Source of the DNA: an uncultured Verrucomicrobiae bacterium
Lineage (GTDB): Bacteria; Verrucomicrobiota; Verrucomicrobiia; Chthoniobacterales; UBA10450
NCBI GenBank assembly: GCA_963772365.1
Contig: CAVYXA010000003.1
Span: 160,001 to 224,000, forward strand
Reading direction: 5' to 3'
DNA length: 64,000 nucleotides
This document shows, piece after piece, positions 40,176 through 50,663 of the stretch. Position 1 is the stretch's first letter; each line of letters opens with the position of its first letter. Position numbers and translations under genes: made by a program. The notes under the pieces are model-generated. The model saw only the letters and a list, made by a program, of their open reading frames with translations, searched no databases and had not been told where the DNA came from.

Positions 40176-40868
40176 ATGACTTTTTCCAGATGGCAAGCGT
40201 TATCCGAGACGGAACGTGAAGCAGAGAAACAAAGCTGGTTTCCGTTCGAACCGGGTTACTGGCACTCGCTGGCTTTGGAAGCGGCGGCGCGATTCCAGCG
40301 CGAGTTTGGATCGAAACGGCATGTGACCAGGGTTTACAAGAGCCTGTATCGAGCCCGGGAATTAATTGTGGCCGTCCAAACCAATTCTAGCAAAATTGAG
40401 TTGCCCGCCTCATATCTCGGGTTTCGGGTGGTGCAGTTTGCCAACCGGATCCCGGCAGGCGTGCTGGTTGATCCAGGTCCAGCTGATAAGTCGCTCCCCA
40501 GGAAACGAAATGCGATAGCCAAGCGCCAACCGCCTGATTGGCCGCGACGAATTCAAGAAGCCAAATTGGGATCGCGCCGGATCGTGCGATTAGAGGGCGA
40601 GATCGACATGCATGTCTCGCCTCGAATCAAATCCGAGTTGCGCGAGATCATCCGAGAGAAACCGAAAAAGCTGGTAGTCGATCTTTCCCGTCTGTCCTAC
40701 ATCGACAGTTCGGGATTAGCTGCCCTCATTAATGCGATGCAAAAAGTAGAAGCTTATCGTGGAAAATTTTATCTCATTCGCATGCCGCCCGCCATCCGAT
40801 TGATATTTGAGACCTCCGGGTTGAAAGAGGTGTTTCGAATCCGCCGCGATCTTGCTGACCTGGGATGA
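40176..40868 (+). CDS. STAS anti-sigma antagonist with an extra N-terminal domain
   Basis: C-terminal LEGEIDMHVSP..VDLSRLSYIDSSGLAAL preceded by about 130 unrecognised residues. Confidence 0.75.
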   Translation: MTFSRWQALSETEREAEKQSWFPFEPGYWHSLALEAAARFQREFGSKRHVTRVYKSLYRARELIVAVQTNSSKIELPASYLGFRVVQFANRIPAGVLVDPGPADKSLPRKRNAIAKRQPPDWPRRIQEAKLGSRRIVRLEGEIDMHVSPRIKSELREIIREKPKKLVVDLSRLSYIDSSGLAALINAMQKVEAYRGKFYLIRMPPAIRLIFETSGLKEVFRIRRDLADLG

Positions 40869-40949
40869 ACGAATCGGGTCGACATGTTGGCAAAAATATT
40901 CGCGTTCGTCGCGAAGTTGCCTATTACAAATAAGATTCTTTTGCCTGTG

Positions 40950-42134
40950 ATGACCAAGACCCACGAGCTTCGCCTCGCCAAACGAATGTCCCGTCTCGGG
41001 ACTGAGACCGCGTTCGAAGTCCTCGTGAAAGCCCGCGCGCTCGAGGCAAAAGGCCGCGACATTGTGCACCTGGAAATTGGTGAGCCCGATTTCGATACGC
41101 CATCCAACATCATCGATGCGGGCTGCGATGCGTTGCACAAAGGATTTACTCACTACGGACCTTCGGCCGGCCTGCCGCAGTTGCGCGAGACGATTGCTCA
41201 ATACGTGCGCGAGACGCGCCGGGTCGAGGCTTCGCCTGATGAGGTGGTCGTCGTTCCCGGTGGCAAGCCGATCATTTTTTTCAGCATTCTCGCGTTGGTC
41301 GAGGAGGGAGATGAAGTCATTTATCCAAATCCTGGATTCCCGATCTATGAGTCCATGATCAATTTTCTGGGAGCCAAAGCAGTGCCGATCCGGTTGCGCG
41401 AAGAAATGGATTTCCGGCTGGATGTCAATGAACTGGCGGGCCTAATTAACAATCGCACTCGTCTGATCATCATGAACTCGCCCCAGAACCCGACCGGCGG
41501 CGTGCTGACCAAAGATGACATCGACAAGATCGCAGAAGCCATCACCGGAAGTGAGGCGATGATCCTGAGCGATGAGATCTACAGTCGGCTGATTTTCGAA
41601 GGTGAACATCATTCCATCCTGTCGATCGATGGAATGAAAGAACGTACGATCTTGCTCGATGGCTTTTCAAAAACTTACGCCATGACCGGTTGGCGAATGG
41701 GATACGGAGTGATGCGGGCGGACCTGGCGACCCACATCTCCCGACTGATGACAAACTCGAATTCCTGCACCGCCAGCTTTACCCAGGCAGCCGGTGTTGA
41801 AGCTCTTCGCGGCCCGCAGGATTCAGTCGAAAAGATGTGTGCGGAGTTCAAGAGACGGCGTGACGTGATGGTTGATGGATTGAACAAGATCAAAGGATTT
41901 TCCTGCCGTTTGCCAAAAGGCGCGTTCTACGTTTTTCCAAACATCACGAAGACTGGCTGGCCATCGAAAAAATTGGCCGATGCATTGCTGGAGGAAGCCG
42001 GGGTCGCCGCGTTGTCTGGAACTTCGTTCGGCGCTTTCGGCGAAGGGTATCTGCGGTTCAGCGTGGCCAACTCCATCGAGAACATCGAAAAGGCGCTCGA
42101 TCGGATAAACGCTTGGGCGGCCAAGAATCTTTGA
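40950..42134 (+). CDS. Class I PLP-dependent aminotransferase (aspartate aminotransferase-like)
   Basis: GEPDF, NSPQNPTG, SDEIY and GFSKTYAMTGWRMG. Confidence 0.9.
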   Translation: MTKTHELRLAKRMSRLGTETAFEVLVKARALEAKGRDIVHLEIGEPDFDTPSNIIDAGCDALHKGFTHYGPSAGLPQLRETIAQYVRETRRVEASPDEVVVVPGGKPIIFFSILALVEEGDEVIYPNPGFPIYESMINFLGAKAVPIRLREEMDFRLDVNELAGLINNRTRLIIMNSPQNPTGGVLTKDDIDKIAEAITGSEAMILSDEIYSRLIFEGEHHSILSIDGMKERTILLDGFSKTYAMTGWRMGYGVMRADLATHISRLMTNSNSCTASFTQAAGVEALRGPQDSVEKMCAEFKRRRDVMVDGLNKIKGFSCRLPKGAFYVFPNITKTGWPSKKLADALLEEAGVAALSGTSFGAFGEGYLRFSVANSIENIEKALDRINAWAAKNL

Positions 42135-42163
42135 GAAGCGCAGGAAAGCAGGATTCCTGAAAG

Positions 42164-43297
42164 ATGACAGAGAAGAAAAAGTTTCGTGTGTTCGCCACCT
42201 CGCGTATCGGCGGTCCGGCGGAGAACCGTTTGCGCGAGCGCGGATACGATCTTGAGGTTTACCAGGGACCTGACGCGCCGCCGAAGAAACTGATCATCGA
42301 CAAAGTAAAGGCTGGAATTGACGGATTGATCACCACGCTCCGCGATCCAATCGACTCGGAGGTGTTCGAAGCGGGCAAGGAGACATTGAAAGTGGTCGCA
42401 CAGATCGCTGTCGGGTTCGATAACATCAACCGCGCCGACGCGAACAAATACAAGATCCCGTTCACAAACACTGCTGACGTTCTCACCGAAGCGACCGCCG
42501 AGTTCGCGTTTTTCATGATGGGCATGCTGGCGAGAAAAATGTGGCTGAGTGAGCGCCTGGTGCGGGAGCAGAAATGGCCTTCATGGCATCCGTTCCTCCC
42601 ATTCCTTGGCGATGAAGTCACTGGCAAAACCATTGCCATCATCGGGACAGGCCGGATCGGTTTGGCCCTGATTAAAAAATGCTCGGGATTCGACATGAAC
42701 ATCCTTTGCTATGATCCGGCCTATCAAAATCACAATTTTGTGAAAGCGATTCAGGAGCTGATGGATCTGCGGCACGGACGCGGAATTCAGAAAGAAAAGA
42801 GCTGGATCAAGTATGTCGATCTTGAGGAAGCGCTGCGCGAAGCCGACTACGTGAGCATTCATGTGCCCCTCTTACGACCGGGCGAAACCGACAAACCCAC
42901 CTATCACCTGATTAACGAGAAAACGTTGAAGACGATGAAGCCGACTGCGTATCTCATCAATACGTCGCGCGGTCCCGTGGTGGACGAAAACGCGCTGGCC
43001 AAAGCTTTGAAAGAAAACACAATTGCCGGCGCTGCACTCGACGTTTTCGAGAAAGAACCGCTCCCGCCGGATTCGCCGTTGCTCGATTCCGAGATTGCGG
43101 ATCGTTGCCGCGTTTTTCATCACTTTGCCAGTGGGGCGAAGATTACCAGGCTCGATGTCGATCCTGACAAAGGCATGGCCGGGCGCTGCGTTCAGGGATT
43201 GATCGACGTGTTGGAGGGCAATTGCGGTGGCGATCAGACAAAGATGCCGTACGTCGTGAACAAGGAAGCATTTGAGAAAGTGAAGAGTGACAAGTGA
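42164..43297 (+). CDS. D-isomer-specific 2-hydroxyacid dehydrogenase (glyoxylate reductase / D-glycerate dehydrogenase-like)
   Basis: AVGFDNI, GTGRIG, INTSRGPVVDE, AALDVFEKEP. Confidence 0.88.
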   Translation: MTEKKKFRVFATSRIGGPAENRLRERGYDLEVYQGPDAPPKKLIIDKVKAGIDGLITTLRDPIDSEVFEAGKETLKVVAQIAVGFDNINRADANKYKIPFTNTADVLTEATAEFAFFMMGMLARKMWLSERLVREQKWPSWHPFLPFLGDEVTGKTIAIIGTGRIGLALIKKCSGFDMNILCYDPAYQNHNFVKAIQELMDLRHGRGIQKEKSWIKYVDLEEALREADYVSIHVPLLRPGETDKPTYHLINEKTLKTMKPTAYLINTSRGPVVDENALAKALKENTIAGAALDVFEKEPLPPDSPLLDSEIADRCRVFHHFASGAKITRLDVDPDKGMAGRCVQGLIDVLEGNCGGDQTKMPYVVNKEAFEKVKSDK

Positions 43298-43800
43298 CGA
43301 GCCAAGAGGTTCAGCCGCTGGTCACAACGTATCTCGAAATGCGATCGCCGGATGAGTTGCGGCCGAAGCGCGCGGATTCCCGATTCGAAGTTCGCGAACA
43401 AACGCAGCCCGATTGGCGGTTCAATCGCGATCTCTATTTGCGAGTCGGTGAACCGTGGCAGTGGATCGACAGACGATTGTGGACGGATGAACAATGGAAA
43501 AAATACGTGAGTCAGCCCCAACTGCGCACCTTTGCCGGATACTATGATGGCGCGCTCGCCGGCTATTACGAATTACAACCTGATAAAGGGGACGTTGAGA
43601 TTGCGTATTTCGGTTTGCTGCCGGAATTCATTGGCCGCGGTTTGGGAGGTGCGTTGCTGACCCGTGCCGTCGAAGAAGCATGGAGCGGTTTTCCTGAGCG
43701 CGTTTGGGTGCATACTTGTAATCGCGATCATCCCTGGGCGCTGGCGAATTATCAGGCGCGCGGCATGGCTGTTTACAAGGTCGAACAGGGCCGAGTTTAG
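43294..43800 (+). CDS. GNAT acetyltransferase
   Basis: YFGLLPEFIGRGLGGALL, VWVHTCNRDHPWALANYQARG. Confidence 0.85.
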   Translation: MTSQEVQPLVTTYLEMRSPDELRPKRADSRFEVREQTQPDWRFNRDLYLRVGEPWQWIDRRLWTDEQWKKYVSQPQLRTFAGYYDGALAGYYELQPDKGDVEIAYFGLLPEFIGRGLGGALLTRAVEEAWSGFPERVWVHTCNRDHPWALANYQARGMAVYKVEQGRV

Positions 43801-43888
43801 CAGAGGAAAAGTGCCGCGCCGCCTGCAAGAACATCACACCGAACGATTTTTGAACGGCAGGATCGACAAGTATGTCTGAGTTGCCACT

Positions 43889-44203
43889 ATGACCAAACTC
43901 ATTGCAGTAGCAGTGGCGGGACTATTTGTGGCGGGAACGATGTTCGCGGGTGAACATGGCAATTGCACCACGAAAGCCGGAAACAAAATGGCAGCCTGTC
44001 AGGTCTCATTGGCCAGCCTCAATCTGACGCCGGATCAAAAGACCAAGATGGAAGCGGCAATGGCCGAACATCACAAAGCGGGATGCTCGGAGGCAAGTGA
44101 AGCGACGTACATGAAAGAAGCGAAGGGTATCCTGACGAAGGAGCAATTCGCGAAATTCAAGGCCGAGTGCAAAGGGAAGAAAGAAGGGAAGACGCAAACT
44201 TAA
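43889..44203 (+). CDS. Small exported Cys/His-containing helical protein
   Basis: Signal peptide; LNLTPDQK and ILTKEQ (LTxxQ-like) motifs; four Cys. Confidence 0.65.
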   Translation: MTKLIAVAVAGLFVAGTMFAGEHGNCTTKAGNKMAACQVSLASLNLTPDQKTKMEAAMAEHHKAGCSEASEATYMKEAKGILTKEQFAKFKAECKGKKEGKTQT

Positions 44204-44227
44204 ATCTCGCTTTCAGTCTAAAAGTGC

Positions 44228-44263
44228 AAATCGCGGGCGCCCCCCGGCGACCGCGATTTTTTT
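44228..44263 (+). terminator. Intrinsic terminator
   Basis: aaatcgcgg...ccgcgattt stem followed by a T run. Confidence 0.75.
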
Positions 44264-44294
44264 GCTCTTGCCTGCTCGTGCTAAGTTATTTTCC

Positions 44295-44720
44295 GTGAAC
44301 AGTCGAATCGAGAGCCGCGAATTATTGATCGATGACTACGAAGCCGTGATCGATTTATGGGGTCGAGTGGGAGGACTCGAGATTTGTGAAGGCGACGAGA
44401 GAGAGGGTATAGCGAAATTTCTGGCCCAGAATCCGGGTCTGAGCCGGGTGGCGACGGATCGAGAGAAAATCGTCGGCTCGGTGTTATGCGGGCATGATGG
44501 TCGGCGTGGGCACATTTATCATCTCGCTGTCGATCCTGCATACAAAGGCCGTGGCATAGGACAACGCCTCGTAGCCGAATGCATGAGCGGGTTGCGCCGC
44601 GCAGGTCTCCAGCGCGCAATTATCCTTGTCGCAGCAGATAACCCGCGCGGTCTAAAGTTTTGGAGACAGAACGGGTGGGAAGAGATCGACAGCGCAATCG
44701 CGATGGGAAAAGACGTTTAG
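44295..44720 (+). CDS. GNAT acetyltransferase (YpeA-like)
   Basis: GSVLCGHDGRRGHIYHLAVDPAYKGRGIG. Confidence 0.85.
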   Translation: MNSRIESRELLIDDYEAVIDLWGRVGGLEICEGDEREGIAKFLAQNPGLSRVATDREKIVGSVLCGHDGRRGHIYHLAVDPAYKGRGIGQRLVAECMSGLRRAGLQRAIILVAADNPRGLKFWRQNGWEEIDSAIAMGKDV

Positions 44721-44777
44721 CGGCTTTGTTCGAATGACTTTGAGGATGGATAGGTCTAAGATTGTGGGAGGTTGCGT

Positions 44778-45584
44778 ATGAAAGCTCACAAAGTTTTTTT
44801 GCTCACGTTAACTAGCGGCGTTGTTTCGATGGTTTCAGTGCACGCCGGCGGCCATCATGGACACGGCGGCGGAAGTGGACCGGCATCTTCCGGTGCTCCC
44901 AGCGTCGCTGCGGCTCGTCCCTCATATGGAAGCTATCGTGGCGGTGGTTTCCGCTATAGCGGCCGGATGATTGGGTCCTCCCAACGCCTGGCCGCTATGC
45001 GATCCGGCGGCGCTGCGTTTTCACCGCATTCTGTTCGCTCCGGCGGAACCAATTCATTCAGCGGTCGCCAGTATTCGAATCGCAGTGGTGGCTCCATCCG
45101 GAGTGGAAGCCGCGGTTTAAGAAGTGGGAGCAACCACGTGTTCGCCCGGTATTCGGCAAATTGGCAGCGGAATTGGAACCGGCATCGCGATCACTGGTGG
45201 CACGGGCATCGGTGCCGATTCATCGATGGTTCGTGGGTGCTCTTCGATCTCGGTTTTTATCCGTCATGGTACGGCTATCCGTTCTACGCCTACTATCCTT
45301 ACTACTATGACGGGTATCCCTATTCTTACGATGGCGACATCTACGATAGCGCTCCGGTCGACTACGACGATCGGGGGGCATACGAATCTTCGGACGAAGG
45401 CGCAGGTTCACCGATCGCCGAGGCCCAACAGGAATTGGCAAGGCGAGGTTACTATCGTGGTGAAATTGATGGCATCGTCGGTCCGCAAACCAGGCGCGCC
45501 GTCATGCGATACCAAAGCAGACGTGGGTTGGCCCCTACTGGGCGATTGAATGGCGAAACGCTGGATTCGCTCGGGATTCGTTAA
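44778..45584 (+). CDS. Exported protein with Gly/Ser/Arg-rich region and C-terminal peptidoglycan-binding domain
   Basis: AQQELARRGYYRGEIDGIVGPQTRRAVMRYQSRRGLAPTG. Confidence 0.8.
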   Translation: MKAHKVFLLTLTSGVVSMVSVHAGGHHGHGGGSGPASSGAPSVAAARPSYGSYRGGGFRYSGRMIGSSQRLAAMRSGGAAFSPHSVRSGGTNSFSGRQYSNRSGGSIRSGSRGLRSGSNHVFARYSANWQRNWNRHRDHWWHGHRCRFIDGSWVLFDLGFYPSWYGYPFYAYYPYYYDGYPYSYDGDIYDSAPVDYDDRGAYESSDEGAGSPIAEAQQELARRGYYRGEIDGIVGPQTRRAVMRYQSRRGLAPTGRLNGETLDSLGIR

Positions 45585-45624
45585 CCCGCTACTCGGCTGA
45601 CGTTTTGTCAGGATGCGGTGGACG

Positions 45625-46053
45625 TTAAGCTGCCGGTTTGCCGCCAAAGCTTTGCAGGAGTGATGGAATCAGGCTGGCCAGACTTTGTTGATGATTAGCG
45701 CTGCTGTCGATCTTACCGCCGGGAGTGAGTTGATCGACAAACTTCGGAAGATATTCGGCGAGAAAATGCGATGCCTGGCTCGGGTCGATTCCTAATTTGG
45801 CTCCGAGAGCGTTGACTTGTTCGGGCCCAACTACTTTATGGATGTCGCTACCAGAGATCGGTTGATTTTCTCCCGTGCCCACCCAGGAAGCGAAAGTATT
45901 TCCATGGCCGGGCGCTGAAAACTTTTGCATGAGGCCCTGCAGGCCACCGCTTTGTTCCAGAAGCCCGCCCACGATCCCGATGAGAGGATTGACCCCACTG
46001 GAAGCTTCCGTTTGTCTGTTTACTGCTCCGATAATTGAATCGAGAAGACCCAT
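45625..46053 (-). CDS. YidB (DUF937) family protein
   Basis: GGLQGLMQKF, SWVGTGENQPIS, LPKFVDQLTPGG. Confidence 0.85.
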   Translation of the reverse strand: MGLLDSIIGAVNRQTEASSGVNPLIGIVGGLLEQSGGLQGLMQKFSAPGHGNTFASWVGTGENQPISGSDIHKVVGPEQVNALGAKLGIDPSQASHFLAEYLPKFVDQLTPGGKIDSSANHQQSLASLIPSLLQSFGGKPAA

Positions 46054-46377
46054 GATTTTCTCCTTTTATATTGTTCGATGTGCCGCGTAGAGCGCACTGC
46101 AAGTGATGCTGAGGCCGTACGGCCTCTGTTGTAAAGAAGGGAGAGCAAGAAAATCGCGGAGCGGCCGCGGCTTCGGATGTTCTCAGGAAAACAGTTTCGG
46201 CAGAACCATTGTTCATGTGAAATTAGGATGCAGCAGTTCAAAGGACGGATTCAAGATTCTGTCGTTTCGGTCAATGTGGTCGCCTCCTGAATTCTTGATC
46301 GACGTCGGCCTTGGATTAGCGTTGCTTTCCGGGATCGGTGGTCCCGGCTCCTGATAAATGTTTGAGAGATTCCAGCC

Positions 46378-47334
46378 GTGATCGCGCGAGTTGTTTGCCT
46401 AGCAATGTTGGTTTTCGCCACTGCAGTGCTGGGGGAAGGAGCCTATCAGCATACTCAGGACAATAAGACGATCGTCTGGAACGATAATCCGAAAGCCGGT
46501 GATTCCGCGACGTGGGATGGCGCTCGCGATGATGAGGGATATGCCGACGGATTCGGCACTCTGACGTGGTATTCGGGTGACAAGGTGTATGCCCGGTTTT
46601 ATGGGAACATGGTCCACGGCAAATTTGATGGGCCGGTCAACGCCCATTCGAATGATGAGACGGCGCACGCAATCTTTATTCACGGGAAACTCGCTACTTC
46701 CTGGCGAAGGGGACGGGCTCCGTCGCAACAAGCCATCGCCGAGAGAGTAGATAAAGTCCGAGCGCGAGTGACAAAAAAAGAAGCTGCGAAACCGGCGCCA
46801 GCGCATATCGAAGTTACAAAAGAGAAAGAAGCGACGCCTTCGAGCAGTCCTCCAACGGTGGCTAAAGCAAAATCGACAAAAGCTGCGACACCGCAGCCAG
46901 CAGTCGCGAACCACCCAGAAATGCCGGCTGATGGGCCACCCGCAGAGGCTCGGCCGAAACCTGCTTTGCCTCTGATGCAAGCTCCGCAACCCGCTATTGC
47001 CGCGCCTCGCAATGCCGGGGTCGACAAGTCGCTGGCGATATTGGCGCGGCCTCCCTCTTCACTGCGCTCCGATTCGATTAATGAAACGCCTGCCGAAAAC
47101 CCGTCTCGGCTTTCGAAGGAGAATGCTGTCGATCTTGCTGATGCGCAGGTCCAGTCAGCCGGATACGACCTCGCCAATTACGATCGTCCAAAAACCGAGT
47201 TCAACGCCTCGAATGGGAATTGGTCCGTCTCGTACGATCGAGAGTCAGCCGGAGCCGCTCCGAAGATTCCCGGACGGTTGACTGTGACTGTCGATGATAA
47301 GACCAAAAAAACCGTTGTCGTCCCGAGCAGATAA
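46378..47334 (+). CDS. Exported hypothetical protein with Pro/Ala-rich linker
   Basis: Signal peptide; N-terminal WDG..GYADGFGTLTW domain; low-complexity linker; small C-terminal domain. Confidence 0.65.
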   Translation: MIARVVCLAMLVFATAVLGEGAYQHTQDNKTIVWNDNPKAGDSATWDGARDDEGYADGFGTLTWYSGDKVYARFYGNMVHGKFDGPVNAHSNDETAHAIFIHGKLATSWRRGRAPSQQAIAERVDKVRARVTKKEAAKPAPAHIEVTKEKEATPSSSPPTVAKAKSTKAATPQPAVANHPEMPADGPPAEARPKPALPLMQAPQPAIAAPRNAGVDKSLAILARPPSSLRSDSINETPAENPSRLSKENAVDLADAQVQSAGYDLANYDRPKTEFNASNGNWSVSYDRESAGAAPKIPGRLTVTVDDKTKKTVVVPSR

Positions 47335-47444
47335 TGCAGGTCCCAGAATGACGACGCGTAGATTGAAATCTCACTGCTGATTTCGCCGAATTGTCCAGAT
47401 CGCCATTGGCATTTTCATCCCTTCGGCGTTAGAACTTAGGCGCC

Positions 47445-48440
47445 ATGGCAGCTCGACCGGCAATGCAGACCATTAGTTCGACAAGCGATCAGCAAAAGAG
47501 CGTGCCAATCGTGACGGTTGAAAGTTTTTTCAACTCGCATGCCGAAAAACTGCAAATGAAATTGGAAGGCCCGCGCGTCGGATTCCATCGGAAAATTCGC
47601 GAGCCTACGATTAATCGCCCCGGCCTGGCACTTTCCGGGTTCTACACCTATTTCGCCGAGAAGCGGATCCAGGTGCTTGGGGCGGCTGAATATTCGTATT
47701 TGAAAAGTCTATCTTGCAAGGTGCGGGTGCAACGTTTTCGCGAATTATGTGAGTGCAAGATTCCGTGCTTCGTAATTTCCCGCGGGTTTCATCTTTTCCC
47801 GGAACTACTCGAGGTCACGGGAAAAGCAGAGATTGCAGTTTTTCGCACGCCGATGATCACGATGAAGTTCATCAACGCGGCCACGATCTCCCTGGAGGTC
47901 GATTTTTCTCCCACTGTGACCGAGTTCGGAAGCATGGTCGATATCCTCGGAGTGGGCGTGTTGATCCGCGGAGCGAGCGGCGTGGGAAAAAGCGAATGCG
48001 TTCTCGGGTTGATCGAGCGCGGTTACAGTCTAGTCGCCGACGACGTGACGCGGATCACGAAACTGGAAGGTCGCGAGCTGATGGCGCGGGCTCCCGATTT
48101 GACGCGTAATCACATGGAAGTGCGCGGCATCGGCATTATTAATGTGTCCGACATTTTCGGTATTGGTAGCATTCGGATCGAGAAACGGCTCGATTTGGTG
48201 GTAACATTACAGGAGTGGCAGGATGTGGAATCGGTGGATCGGCTAGGACTTGACCGGGAATTTTACGAGGTTCTGGGTCTGCACGTGCCGCATGTAACGA
48301 TCCCGGTGAAACCGGGTCGCGACATTGCTCGATTAATCGAAGTGGCGGCGATGGACCAGAAGCTGAAGGACCTTGGTCAAAACAGCGCGGTCGAATTCAA
48401 CGAAAAACTCATCGGTCTCATGGAGCCGAGACCAAAATGA
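47445..48440 (+). CDS. hprK: HPr(Ser) kinase/phosphorylase
   Basis: INRPGLAL, GVLIRGASGVGKSE, LVADD, HMEVRGIGII, IPVKPGR. Confidence 0.93.
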   Translation: MAARPAMQTISSTSDQQKSVPIVTVESFFNSHAEKLQMKLEGPRVGFHRKIREPTINRPGLALSGFYTYFAEKRIQVLGAAEYSYLKSLSCKVRVQRFRELCECKIPCFVISRGFHLFPELLEVTGKAEIAVFRTPMITMKFINAATISLEVDFSPTVTEFGSMVDILGVGVLIRGASGVGKSECVLGLIERGYSLVADDVTRITKLEGRELMARAPDLTRNHMEVRGIGIINVSDIFGIGSIRIEKRLDLVVTLQEWQDVESVDRLGLDREFYEVLGLHVPHVTIPVKPGRDIARLIEVAAMDQKLKDLGQNSAVEFNEKLIGLMEPRPK

Positions 48441-48516
48441 ACATACTCACGCTCATGATCGAGATTCGCTTTTTAAATATGAGCATCAGCACGAGCGGGA
48501 ATATGAGGAAGAGCTA

Positions 48517-48825
48517 ATGGGGTTGTTGCGAAAATCCAAAGACGCCGAGAGCGTCCAAAAAGTTGAGAAAGAAATTCCGATCGTGAACCGGCTGGGACTG
48601 CACGCCCGTCCGGCGGCCATGTTTGTGCGCATAGCCAGCCGTTATCGATCGGAAATTTGGGTGGCCAAGGAGGGCGAAGAAGTAAACGGCAAAAGCATCA
48701 TGGGTCTGATGATGTTGGCTGCTGGGCAGGGATCAAACCTGCGCATCCGCTGTGAGGGCCCCGATGCCGATCAGGCACTGGAGGAATTGGAAGGGCTTAT
48801 CAAAGCGAAGTTTAACGAAGACTAG
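48517..48825 (+). CDS. ptsH: Phosphocarrier protein HPr
   Basis: GLHARPAA (His15) and NGKSIMGLMML (Ser46). Confidence 0.92.
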   Translation: MGLLRKSKDAESVQKVEKEIPIVNRLGLHARPAAMFVRIASRYRSEIWVAKEGEEVNGKSIMGLMMLAAGQGSNLRIRCEGPDADQALEELEGLIKAKFNED

Positions 48826-48893
48826 CTCTTCGCCCGAAGCGGGCGCTGTTTACGTGCTTTTCGCGCGTCGACATCTGCCTTAATCTGGCAGCG

Positions 48894-50663
48894 ATGAGCA
48901 GCGATCAAACCGGCGGGGAGACGCGTTACCATGGAATGGGCGTTTCTCCCGGGGTTGCCCGTGGCAAAATCCACGTCGTTCGGGACGATCTCGATGATGT
49001 TGTGCGCTACAAAATTGCGCCATCGCAAATCGGCGATGAAATCGCTCGCTTTGAAGCTGCTCTAATCCAAACACGAAGCCAAATTCTGGAACTCCAACAG
49101 CGGATCGCAGAGTCGATCGGTGCAAAGGACGCGGCCATCTTCGACGCCCATTTGCTGGTCGTGGAAGACCGCACCTTGATCGATGAAGTATTACGCAGAC
49201 TCGAGACGGATCTTTGCAATGTGGAATGGATCTTTCAAGACGTCGCTAGCAATTATGCAGAGACCCTCAGTAAGATCGACGATCCTTACCTGCGCGAGCG
49301 CGCCCTCGATGTTCAGGATGTGACCAAGCGGGTAATTGCCAATCTGCAGGGCAAGACACCTAAAAGATCTTCCGGTATGGCGGAGAAGCATATTCTGGTG
49401 GCCCATAATTTGACGCCGTCAGATACGGCCTCCATAGACCGGCAGCTTGTTTTGGGTATCGCGACGGATCTCGGCAGCCGCACGTCACACACGGCGATCA
49501 TCGCTCGCTCGCTCAATATTCCTGCTGTTGTCGGCTTGCACGATGTCACGGCCAAACTCGAAACCGGCCAAGCGGTATTGGTCGATGGCACAAATGGCGT
49601 GCTGATTGTCGATCCTACGCCTGAAACGCTGGCCTATTATGGCGAAGTCGAGTCGCGACGAGTCGAAGTGGTCGCGCGATTGCGGGAGTTGCGCGAAACC
49701 AAATCGACCACGCGCGATGGCCAGCACATCGTCCTTTCTGCAAATATCGAGCTCCCGGGTGATGTAGATTCCGTTGCTGCAAATGGCGCCGAAGGAATTG
49801 GCCTCTATCGCACCGAATTTCTCTATTTGAATCGGAGCACGTTGCCAACCGAAGACGAACAATATGAAATTTATCGAAAAATGGCCGAACGCGTTCGGCC
49901 CGATCCGTTAATCATTCGCACTTTCGATTTGGGGGGCGACAAACTCGCTCCCGGGACAGTGGACATCAGCGACGAGCAGAATCCGTTTCTCGGTTGGCGC
50001 GCCATTCGGTTTTGTCTCGAGAACATCGATATTTTCAAGACGCAGTTGCGCGCCATTCTTCGGGCGAGCGTAGCAGGTAATATCAAGATCATGTTTCCGA
50101 TGATTTCCGGAATCATCGAACTGCGGCGCGCCATGTCGATCCTAAGCGAATGCAAGGAAGCATTGCGGGAGGAGAAGTTCGACATCGGCGAGAAAACGGA
50201 AGTCGGCGCAATGATCGAAATTCCCAGTGCGGCGATCTCAGCCGAGGCGCTGGCGAGCGAGGCCGATTTCTTCAGTATCGGAACCAACGATTTGATTCAG
50301 TATGCGCTGGCGGTCGATCGGTTGAACGAACGCATCGCACATTTGTATGAGCCGACGCATCCGGCGGTGCTCCGTCTGTTGAAGATGGTGGCCGACGCCG
50401 CCCATGCTCATCATATCTGGGTGGGAGTGTGTGGAGAAATGGCGGGAGACGTTGCTGTGATTCCGTTGTTGCTTGGGCTCGGCATGGATGAACTCAGCGT
50501 CGGCGCCATGCTCGTGCCGCGGGTGAAACGGGCGGTCCAAAACCTTGATATGCCTGTGTGCCGACAACTGGTCGAGGACTCTCTGAAACTACAGACGCCC
50601 ATGGAGATTTTGCAGCGGTGTTTGGAGGTCGCGAACGAGCGTTACGGAGATCTCCTCGGGTGA
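48894..50663 (+). CDS. ptsI: PEP-protein phosphotransferase (PTS enzyme I)
   Basis: GSRTSHTAI, GIGLYRTEF, NPFLGWRAIR, FSIGTNDLIQY; no N-terminal GAF domain. Confidence 0.93.
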   Translation: MSSDQTGGETRYHGMGVSPGVARGKIHVVRDDLDDVVRYKIAPSQIGDEIARFEAALIQTRSQILELQQRIAESIGAKDAAIFDAHLLVVEDRTLIDEVLRRLETDLCNVEWIFQDVASNYAETLSKIDDPYLRERALDVQDVTKRVIANLQGKTPKRSSGMAEKHILVAHNLTPSDTASIDRQLVLGIATDLGSRTSHTAIIARSLNIPAVVGLHDVTAKLETGQAVLVDGTNGVLIVDPTPETLAYYGEVESRRVEVVARLRELRETKSTTRDGQHIVLSANIELPGDVDSVAANGAEGIGLYRTEFLYLNRSTLPTEDEQYEIYRKMAERVRPDPLIIRTFDLGGDKLAPGTVDISDEQNPFLGWRAIRFCLENIDIFKTQLRAILRASVAGNIKIMFPMISGIIELRRAMSILSECKEALREEKFDIGEKTEVGAMIEIPSAAISAEALASEADFFSIGTNDLIQYALAVDRLNERIAHLYEPTHPAVLRLLKMVADAAHAHHIWVGVCGEMAGDVAVIPLLLGLGMDELSVGAMLVPRVKRAVQNLDMPVCRQLVEDSLKLQTPMEILQRCLEVANERYGDLLG

